Source: Pleomorphomonas oryzae DSM 16300 (GTDB lineage Bacteria; Pseudomonadota; Alphaproteobacteria; Rhizobiales; Pleomorphomonadaceae). Taken from it: DNA of 24,000 nt. Positions within the stretch are counted from its first letter, which is position 1. Every line of letters starts with the position of its first letter. Of the stretch, positions 1 through 6,860 are shown in pieces. The position numbers and the translations under genes are program-made. A model generated the notes under the pieces. That model ran no database searches. It saw only the letters and a list, made by a program, of their open reading frames with translations, and was not told the origin of the DNA. The DNA lies in assembly GCF_000422965.1 (NCBI RefSeq), contig NZ_AUHB01000002.1, forward strand, positions 326,119 to 350,118, given 5' to 3'.

Positions 1-88
1 CGTCTTTGTCGCAAAAATACTCTCTCAGAACTGCGTGGCGCTGTGCGGCGTCGTCAGGCAAGCAATCAAGCGCGATCTGCAGGACCAT
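1..88 (-). CDS. Partial hypothetical ORF (first 29 codons; continues past the left edge), immediately downstream of the radical SAM gene
   Basis: ATG at 88..86 lies 1 nt after the TGA (92..90) of the upstream gene. The frame stays open to position 1 (MVLQIALDCLPDDAAQRHAVLREYFCDKD...). It is too short to appear in the ORF track and has no recognisable motif. Confidence 0.3.
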   Translation of the reverse strand, partial: MVLQIALDCLPDDAAQRHAVLREYFCDKD

Positions 89-89
89 T

Positions 90-2315
90 TCACGCAGTTC
101 CAGGTTGCTGGCGCCTAGCCGCGTCTAGAGTCTCAATTAAAGCATTGCCCAGCGGCGTCATGCTACACGTTCGTAGAGTCGCGAAGCCGAGTTCAAGATT
201 GCGGTCGGTATCCTTGAGCTGGTTAAGCGCACGCTCACGCATATACTGAGGACCAGCTTCGAGTACATGAGCCCAAAACCGCTTGAGTTCGACGAACACG
301 AAGACGGCGTGCAGGAGGCCTGACGGCGGTCGCAAATCAGCGCGCCAAGGCGAGACAACCCGGGGAGCCGTCGGGCTAACCGTCGGGCCGAAACGCTCCA
401 GCAGATACAGTTTCTGGTGTCGGTGTTCGTGGACGAGTGAATCGGCGAGGTCGTACGGGTCGATCAGTTGTTGGCCCTGTGACACGGAAACAAATAAAGC
501 TCCAGGAACAGAGTCATCGCTGAAGGACACGATCTTCGCCGGATCCGCGGATGGATCGCGGACAAACTGGACAGCTCGACAGGCTCTCATTAGCTCGTCC
601 GCCAATGCTGGCCGCCACCGACGAACGATCTCGAGTGCATCATGAACCAGCGGCATTGCTTCTACAGCGATTCTCTGCGGTTCAAACTCTATCTGGTCGC
701 CAAAGGGTGCGCGCAACCACGCATCGTCCTCTGCTACAGCAAGCCCTCTAGGCCCCACCTTCCGGCTAGCCAACGCGCCCAGATATTCCCCATCTGCACG
801 AAGAGGCTTGCCGTCAACGTCATGTACCATGGAGCCTACGGCATCGGCGAGCATGGCTCGTGTCCAAGCGACGACGCCCGGCTCACTAGCAAGCTGGGTC
901 AAGAAACCCTCGCCACGTTCAATAAGCGCCTTGGCGGCTGCGGCAAGCTCATCACGCCGTAAAGCGTATTCAAGGGCAGAGCGAAAACGGGTTAAATAGG
1001 TCGAACGCGCGTCCTCAATCAGGAACTGCACTGCAGATTCTGAAGTCTCCGCTAGCTCGAAACGAGCCAAATCAAAATCAGGAGGAAGCCGAGAGCTTAA
1101 ATCCTCCATTCCCGCACTTAAGCCATCAGTGAGACGCATTTTGACGTGGGAAATTAGAGCGAATAGCTCGTCGCAGTAGACGGACGGGTTCTTGAAGCTG
1201 TTGCCGTCATAGCGATGTGGGACGGATCCCCCACCGCAGATCTCAACTACCGTGCAACCAAGACACTTGGCGCTAAGGCCGTCTTTTCGCAGAAGTGCTC
1301 TGTGGGCTTCAATCCCAGGAGATGTGGCTACCGCCGAGATAGCCGCATCTAGAACCGTGCCAGATAAGGCTGTGGCGCCGTCCCGCACGATCTTAAGAAC
1401 GTCGAGATCGTGATAGCTGCCGTCGGTTTCGATTGACAGGAGATTTACATCGCCAAAGCCAAAAGCATCCGTCGCAGAAGGCAAGCCGGCGGCGACGTCG
1501 AGCAGTGCCTCAAATGTGCGAACTGGCAGATGCGGATAGCGATCGAACCAAAGATCGAACGCGTGAATCAGCCATTCTTGGTATTGTAGCGGAAGCTGGT
1601 CGCGCCCTGGTGGTTGACGAAGATGATGGGCATCGGGGAGAAGGAAGTCGAGTTTCGGAGGGCGAAGCTCGTCAAAGAACGCAAACAGTTCTTCGGGAGC
1701 CACCGACGGATCAATTACAGCGATCACTCCAGCGAAGACGGCCGGCCGCTGTTGAAGCAACCGATAGCCCGCCATTACGCGATCAAAGCTTGATCGGCCC
1801 TTGTGGCTGGTTCGGTGAAGATCATTAGCCCACCGAGGCCCATCCAGGCTGAGCGAGACGGAAACGTCCGCCCTTTCCAATTCGTCAAGCGTCGTATTGC
1901 TAAGCAACAGTCCGTTAGTCTGCATTGCAAACTCAAGCTTGACTTCAGTTCCAACAGAAGCGCGCAACTCACCCGCGAAACTAACGATAGTATCCACGCC
2001 AGCTAACAGTGGCTCACCGCCATGGAAAACAATGACGGCGCGCTTCAGTGCGGCTTCCTTTGTATATTCAGAAAGGCGCGAGGCAAAAGCTTTCCGCACC
2101 TCAGCCGACATTGTCTTTGGCATAGTGCGCCAGCCTTGATCGGCATGATGGTATACATAGCAATAGTCGCAATCGAGATTGCATCGCGACGCGACTTTTA
2201 GCAGGAAGGAGGTGATCCGAGCTGCCACCAAGGTCAGCTCAAGAGCGATTATGCCGATGGTGCATGCGGTCGTAGCTCGTAATAACCTCACTAGCTTCCG
2301 CCGTCGCAAGGACAC
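90..2315 (-). CDS. Radical SAM/SPASM-domain peptide maturase fused to a C-terminal HExxH domain (FxsB-like architecture)
   Basis: 741-aa ORF starting at GTG 2315. Alternative TTG 2231 or GTG 2228 starts lie just after the stop of the upstream 60-aa ORF. SRCNLDCDYCY is the CxxxCxxC radical SAM motif. CLGCTVVEICGGGSVPHRY...PSVYC is a SPASM/twitch-like Cys cluster. LVHEHRHQKLYLLE is the HExxH motif in the C-terminal third. Confidence 0.85.
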   Translation of the reverse strand: MSLRRRKLVRLLRATTACTIGIIALELTLVAARITSFLLKVASRCNLDCDYCYVYHHADQGWRTMPKTMSAEVRKAFASRLSEYTKEAALKRAVIVFHGGEPLLAGVDTIVSFAGELRASVGTEVKLEFAMQTNGLLLSNTTLDELERADVSVSLSLDGPRWANDLHRTSHKGRSSFDRVMAGYRLLQQRPAVFAGVIAVIDPSVAPEELFAFFDELRPPKLDFLLPDAHHLRQPPGRDQLPLQYQEWLIHAFDLWFDRYPHLPVRTFEALLDVAAGLPSATDAFGFGDVNLLSIETDGSYHDLDVLKIVRDGATALSGTVLDAAISAVATSPGIEAHRALLRKDGLSAKCLGCTVVEICGGGSVPHRYDGNSFKNPSVYCDELFALISHVKMRLTDGLSAGMEDLSSRLPPDFDLARFELAETSESAVQFLIEDARSTYLTRFRSALEYALRRDELAAAAKALIERGEGFLTQLASEPGVVAWTRAMLADAVGSMVHDVDGKPLRADGEYLGALASRKVGPRGLAVAEDDAWLRAPFGDQIEFEPQRIAVEAMPLVHDALEIVRRWRPALADELMRACRAVQFVRDPSADPAKIVSFSDDSVPGALFVSVSQGQQLIDPYDLADSLVHEHRHQKLYLLERFGPTVSPTAPRVVSPWRADLRPPSGLLHAVFVFVELKRFWAHVLEAGPQYMRERALNQLKDTDRNLELGFATLRTCSMTPLGNALIETLDAARRQQPGTA

Positions 2316-2421
2316 GGCTGCGCAGACGCTGGATCGCCGGGTTGACGGATTGGGTCCGGAGCACTGCGGTCTTCAGGGATTCGTCGTGCATCTCTTGAGT
2401 GGGCTGACTTGCAGAGGACAT
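2239..2421 (-). CDS. Candidate RiPP precursor peptide (60 aa) for the adjacent radical SAM maturase
   Basis: The ATG at 2421 is preceded by AGGGAAG (SD-like) about 5 nt upstream. The TGA at 2241..2239 lies 7-10 nt before the alternative TTG/GTG starts of the maturase. The C-terminus is SYDRMHHRHNRS. There is no homology evidence, and the ORF overlaps the longest-ORF start of the maturase. Confidence 0.35.
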   Translation of the reverse strand: MSSASQPTQEMHDESLKTAVLRTQSVNPAIQRLRSRVLATAEASEVITSYDRMHHRHNRS

Positions 2422-2443
2422 GGCAACTTCCCTATACGTGTTT

Positions 2444-2486
2444 TTGACTACTGCAATCTACACAAGAAATCTTGACATTGCAATCT
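2444..2486. repeat. Direct repeat TTGAC(T)A(C)TGCAATCT, two copies
   Basis: TTGACTACTGCAATCT (2444-2459) and TTGACATTGCAATCT (2472-2486). The copies overlap the candidate -10 and -35 elements. Confidence 0.5.
2455..2483 (-). promoter_or_regulatory. Candidate sigma70-type promoter for the precursor/maturase operon
   Basis: On the minus strand, TTGCAA (2483..2478), a 17-nt spacer, then TAGATT (2460..2455), about 35 nt upstream of ATG 2421. It sits at the edge of an AT-rich tract. Confidence 0.25.
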
Positions 2487-2788
2487 CTTCAAAAACTATG
2501 CTTCATAGCAGCAGGCGTCGACAATAGAATTAAATATATACAGTATACTATGTGCATTAATTTGTAAAAAGTGGGCTAATTTATTGCGAATAAAGTGTAG
2601 TATGAAAATTACGACCGTTTGTTTGAATATTGTAATTTTCCAGATGAAAGAATACTTTGAATAAATTAAAGGGGATGGCGGGGGCTGAGTATTTTACATC
2701 ATTATGGCGCAACTCGATTTATTCCATTACGCAGCACTAAGTGGCGGCCTGGATAGCAACACTCTTGTGGGGACAACGGCAAAATCGC

Positions 2789-3391
2789 CTACCACATGCG
2801 AGCCGCCACCGCCCGCTCCTCCGATCCCATAACATGGGTGTAAATGGCGGTGGTGGCGATATCCGCATGCCCAAGCCAACGCTGAATGAGATCCAGCGGG
2901 ACACCACTGCGAACGGCATGCACGCCGAAGCCATGACGGAACCCCTTGGGCATGGCGTGATCACCGCGCACCCCAGCGGCCCTTAGAACCGTTTTGACAA
3001 CCCGCCATGCCGACACCCGGCTCCACAGCCAAAACCGCTCTTGTGGGTCTTCATGACCTTCGGCAAGGCCCTTCAGGGCGCTCAGCAGTTCCGGCGGTGC
3101 CGGAACCTCCCGGACGACGACCGTTCCCCGCTTTTTCAGGCACCGGACAGCCACAATCCCCTCCTCGAACTGAACGTCTTCGGGCCGCAAGGCCAAGGCT
3201 TCGCTAATGCGAAGCCCAAGAAGCATGAGCGTCAGGCAAAAGGCTCGCTCGTCAGAAGGTATTCCCGACAATACCTCAAGAATGCGCCGCCGTTCCTCAG
3301 CATTGATATATTTTCTCCGGCCATTCCGTGAATAAAGGGATGCTCCCGCGCTCCCGGCCTTTTCGCGCACGCTCCCGCTTTCCCTTGTCAT
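2789..3391 (-). CDS. Small tyrosine recombinase/integrase (catalytic domain only, 200 aa)
   Basis: LGLRISEALAL (Arg), HGFRHGFGVHAV (HxxR) and LGHADIATTAIYTHV (His...Tyr) are the classic phage-integrase catalytic motifs. Confidence 0.85.
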   Translation of the reverse strand: MTRESGSVREKAGSAGASLYSRNGRRKYINAEERRRILEVLSGIPSDERAFCLTLMLLGLRISEALALRPEDVQFEEGIVAVRCLKKRGTVVVREVPAPPELLSALKGLAEGHEDPQERFWLWSRVSAWRVVKTVLRAAGVRGDHAMPKGFRHGFGVHAVRSGVPLDLIQRWLGHADIATTAIYTHVMGSEERAVAARMW

Positions 3392-3400
3392 TGACCTGCG

Positions 3401-3435
3401 CCCCTGAAACAGAATTACCCATTCTGTTTCAGGGG
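3401..3435. repeat. Perfect 15-bp inverted repeat with a 5-nt spacer
   Basis: CCCCTGAAACAGAAT (3401-3415), TACCC, ATTCTGTTTCAGGGG (3421-3435). It begins 10 nt upstream of the recombinase start codon (3391). Confidence 0.9.
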
Positions 3436-3598
3436 ATTGGGGTTTGGCGCCTTTTCAATCGGTTCGGCGCACTTCCTTCAAATTATAAGCAAGCTACCCA
3501 CTCATAATCAACAAGTGAATACGCAAATTTCCAGCCAGAAAGACTTTGGGTAATTCCGTTTCACCTCATAAGGCTCTCCAGCGCGCGGCAGGTACGCT

Positions 3599-4786
3599 AT
3601 GAAGATCGTTCGAAGCGTGGCTTTTCTTCCTGTGTTGTTGCTTGCTTCCTCCCTGTTCGCTCGGGCCGATGACGGGCTCGGAAAATGGCAGTTCGACCCG
3701 AGCCCCGACACCCCTCACGCGACCCTCGATAGCGGCCCCGATTTTCCGAAGATTGAGGTGTCGTGTGTTGCTGCCGATGCTCTCGGCTACCGGTTCACGA
3801 TGCGAAACGGCGCAGCTCCCAACTACATCACGCTCCTTAACTACGATAACAACGAGGACCTCAGTATCGAGGCCTCGGGCTTCATGCCCCGGAAAAACGC
3901 CGCGCGTCTCATTGGCTGGTTGGCCGAGACCCTGAAGCAAGCCAAGGCGGACGGGAGCAACCGGCCCGAAAGCGAGTTCGTAACGCAGTTTGGCGTCAAC
4001 GGCGGCATGCCGACGCCCGTCCCGATCGGTGGGCTGATGGCCGTCCGTGAACGGCTACGCCCCCTATGCGCTGGAAATAAGGAAGCTGCTGCAACCTCAC
4101 CGGCATCGGTGCCGATGACGGATGGACCGAATGAGCGCTTTTACGGCGTGTGGCTGGGCCTGAACAGCGATCTGCACTTGAACCCGGACGGGACGTACAA
4201 GATCACATTCGCTGACCGTAGTGAGACCGGCAGTTGGTCGGCCAGTGAGACGGACTTGGTGTTCAAATCCGAGGAGTCTGTCTCGGTCTGTGGCTACGAC
4301 AAAACCGTTGAAACCCATCTCCTTCTCGCGCCATCCGCCAGCGCCGGGGCAAGCACGCCCTGCCGCATACAGGGGGCGTACTGGAGTGAGAAACGCGCGG
4401 AAACCAGCGCTTCCACGATGCCATTCGCCTGTACCGTGAATGCAAATGCCGTCCGGAGAATCTCAAGCCCACTGCTTCAGTTCAGAATATTCGATGGCTC
4501 AGGCCCTGTTCTTCTGGCCGCCGACAGCAAGGACAGGATCGTTTATCTCCACAAGGACGGCGTGGACAGGCATTTTGTCGTGCGTAACGACAACATCTAT
4601 CAGGACCATATTGCCTTTATGGTCAGATTCGACAAAGGAGATTTTCAGAACATCGAGATTTCGAAGGATGGCGGCATGTTTAACATGAGCTATTACCCAT
4701 CAAAATGCAGCCAATCCGGCGGTATGTCCGTATGTGCCCAAGTGGTTTCTTATCCCATTGGCACCTGCATGAAGGTGGTGCGATGA
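3599..4786 (+). CDS. Secreted hypothetical protein (395 aa)
   Basis: N-terminal signal peptide MKIVRSVAFLPVLLLASSLFARA/DD. Its stop overlaps the start of the next gene (ATGA at 4783-4786). No recognised domain. Confidence 0.7.
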   Translation: MKIVRSVAFLPVLLLASSLFARADDGLGKWQFDPSPDTPHATLDSGPDFPKIEVSCVAADALGYRFTMRNGAAPNYITLLNYDNNEDLSIEASGFMPRKNAARLIGWLAETLKQAKADGSNRPESEFVTQFGVNGGMPTPVPIGGLMAVRERLRPLCAGNKEAAATSPASVPMTDGPNERFYGVWLGLNSDLHLNPDGTYKITFADRSETGSWSASETDLVFKSEESVSVCGYDKTVETHLLLAPSASAGASTPCRIQGAYWSEKRAETSASTMPFACTVNANAVRRISSPLLQFRIFDGSGPVLLAADSKDRIVYLHKDGVDRHFVVRNDNIYQDHIAFMVRFDKGDFQNIEISKDGGMFNMSYYPSKCSQSGGMSVCAQVVSYPIGTCMKVVR

Positions 4787-5349
4787 CGGAGTCCCTCCCC
4801 ACCACCCTGAAATCCCCAAGGGAGCCGTCTTCCGTGCCTCGTTTGAACCTTTTGGCGGCCCTTGCCGCCCTGATCCTCACGGGCTGCTATCAGGTAAACG
4901 ATCCCGTCCTGACCAAGGGCGAGTATGCCCCCGTGGCGGGGTCGTATGCCTGCACCAACCGGCTGGACGGCTCGCCACTCGTCGACAGCCTTGTGGAGCA
5001 GAAAAGCGGCTTCTTCAGCCCGGATTACCGCTACCTGACCGACGACAAGGTCGAGGTGATGTTTGCTGACCTTGGTAATGGCCTCTACCTCTCGCAGGTG
5101 AACCAGAAAGGAAACCCCATTGCCTTGGCCTTCATGGAGCCGACCGCCAAGGGCATGGAGTTTTACGTGGTGAACGCCATGCTGGCGGCACCGCAGATCG
5201 ATACGCTCTCGCGTCAGAACGGCGTTACACCCCACCTGCTTCAGACGGGGTGGATACCGCTTTCGGGCACCGCCGCTGACATCAAGGCGTTCCTTGCCAG
5301 CCACTCGAAGGGAATGCTTCTGCCCGTCCTGAGCTGCACGAAGAAATAA
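4783..5349 (+). CDS. Putative lipoprotein (188 aa)
   Basis: An internal ATG at 4783 with GAAGGTGG upstream is preferred over the track start at 4705. LNLLAALAALILTGC is a signal peptide with a lipobox Cys. ATGA overlap gives translational coupling with the upstream gene. Confidence 0.65.
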   Translation: MTESLPTTLKSPREPSSVPRLNLLAALAALILTGCYQVNDPVLTKGEYAPVAGSYACTNRLDGSPLVDSLVEQKSGFFSPDYRYLTDDKVEVMFADLGNGLYLSQVNQKGNPIALAFMEPTAKGMEFYVVNAMLAAPQIDTLSRQNGVTPHLLQTGWIPLSGTAADIKAFLASHSKGMLLPVLSCTKK

Positions 5350-5371
5350 CGAAGCGAGACGCTTAGGTGCC

Positions 5372-5926
5372 CTATGGGGCGTAGGTCATGAGCCAGACCT
5401 TAAATTCAGGGCGCATTTTCCCAATTGAAGCAAGGTAAAGCGCAATATCAAACCGGCGATGTCCTTCAATGAGCAAATACCCTTTGGGAATAGGATGATA
5501 GGTTGGAACGGGATCAATTCCTGGCTGAAGGTGACCGTCGAGATTGTTCAGGACAATAATGGGCGCTGGGAAATCGCCGTGTTCGAACATGTACGCTGGC
5601 GTTTTGTAGGGCGAATTCCTGAGCCTTCTCACTATGGCTTGTCCACGTTCACGACATACTCTCTGATCTCCGCTGAAGTTCGACGAGCCAGACAAAATGC
5701 TTTCCAGACATTCTGGAGTCCAATCCACCAGATCAAATCGATACCAAGCGGACGGAAGGTAGCTAAATGGCGAGTGGCTCCAGTGCTCGTGGAGCCAAAA
5801 TCTCGCAACGTTCTCCGGCACGCGGGGGAAAGCATCGCGGACGCGAGCCCACCACTCCTCAAATGGAGTGGCTACTCCTCCACCCTCTTCAAATTCGGGA
5901 GCAAGATGCACGGGATAATTGTCCAT
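5372..5926 (-). CDS. Hypothetical protein with a C-terminal ParB/Srx-like GHRR motif
   Basis: The ORF track gives 5372..6028. I prefer Met35 (MDNYPVHL..., 5926) because the 6028 start overlaps the upstream gene by 38 nt. LLIEGHRRFDIALYL resembles the ParB N-terminal domain GxxR motif. The assignment is weak. Confidence 0.5.
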   Translation of the reverse strand: MDNYPVHLAPEFEEGGGVATPFEEWWARVRDAFPRVPENVARFWLHEHWSHSPFSYLPSAWYRFDLVDWTPECLESILSGSSNFSGDQRVCRERGQAIVRRLRNSPYKTPAYMFEHGDFPAPIIVLNNLDGHLQPGIDPVPTYHPIPKGYLLIEGHRRFDIALYLASIGKMRPEFKVWLMTYAP

Positions 5927-5990
5927 TCTGCTCTCTCGCCTGGCTACTTCATGTTTGAAAGCCAGCCATAGAGGTATCGGCCGAGTGGGT

Positions 5991-6857
5991 CTATCGCCGG
6001 TAAGGCAAACGGCGGATGTAAGTTTCATCTCGCAGGGCTTGAAGACGCTGTTCCAGAGTCGGATGTGTTGACAGAAGCGTCTTCGGATTGGCGCGGATCA
6101 TCATCCGGGCATAGGCGAGGTATTCCGGGGACGGCTGTGCTCGGTCGGCATGGATGTCCCGAAGGGCCTCCATCATGGCGTCCTTGCCGATAAGGGCCGC
6201 TCCGGTGGCGTCGGCCCAGAACTCCCTTGTCCGGGAGAGGCGCATCAGCATCAGTTCGCCCAGGAACCCGAGGATCCACCGCACGAAGACCTTCCCGCGT
6301 TCCCACCAGAAAAGATACCACGTGAGGGCGTTCTGGAACGAGGTGGCATACTGCATCCGCCGCATGTCCCGGTTGGCCACATGAGCCAGCTCGTGCGCGG
6401 CGATCGCCAGAATGCTGCGCGCCGGTAGTCGGTCCACAAGGCTCTGGCTGAAACTCACCACGGCTTTTTGCGGGGATGAACCCGCCGCGAAGGCGTTCAT
6501 GGCCTGATCCGGGTAGACGCCAACGGATGGGCACGGGATGTCCAGCTTCGTGGCCAGTGCCGCCACCCCTTTTGTCAGCGGATGATCTGCCGGAAGAATC
6601 TTGGTTCGGGTATGGCTGATGACCCGGTCGCGGGACCGGGACACGCCGATCGAGCCGAACACAAAGCCAAAGACCGGCACAAACAACAGCGCCGGGAAGA
6701 AGAACGTCACGACAGCCAGTGTGCCGAAGCCCGTAAGGCCCAAGAGAATGCTGCCTAGGAAAACCCCGAGCCAGGCGCTCAGGATCAAAGCGATTTTCTG
6801 CCCAACGCCGCCGTGGGCAAGGCGGCGGGTATCCAGTTCCGGTAAGGTCGCGCTCAT
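5991..6857 (-). CDS. Membrane-anchored M48-family (HtpX-like) zinc metalloprotease
   Basis: N-terminal hydrophobic helices (ALILSAWLGVFLGSILLGLTGFGTLAVVTFFFPALLFVPVFGFVFGSIGV). AAHELAHVANRD carries HExxH. The start lies 3 nt after the stop of the upstream ATPase gene. Confidence 0.8.
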   Translation of the reverse strand: MSATLPELDTRRLAHGGVGQKIALILSAWLGVFLGSILLGLTGFGTLAVVTFFFPALLFVPVFGFVFGSIGVSRSRDRVISHTRTKILPADHPLTKGVAALATKLDIPCPSVGVYPDQAMNAFAAGSSPQKAVVSFSQSLVDRLPARSILAIAAHELAHVANRDMRRMQYATSFQNALTWYLFWWERGKVFVRWILGFLGELMLMRLSRTREFWADATGAALIGKDAMMEALRDIHADRAQPSPEYLAYARMMIRANPKTLLSTHPTLEQRLQALRDETYIRRLPYRR

Positions 6858-6860
6858 AGC

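Noticed and set aside
283-2139. Multiple plus-strand ORFs (283..645, 642..962, 1433..1828, 1897..2139 and others)
   Set aside because: All are antisense to the radical SAM/HExxH gene, whose motifs validate the minus-strand frame.
4750-5304. 184-aa minus-strand ORF
   Set aside because: It is antisense to the lipoprotein gene, which has a lipobox, an RBS and translational coupling. The antisense product is Arg/Gly-rich with no start context.
6025-6534. 169-aa minus-strand ORF in an alternative frame of the M48 protease gene
   Set aside because: It occupies the same strand and region as the HExxH-bearing frame. The product is Pro/Arg/Gly-rich, typical of an off-frame artefact.
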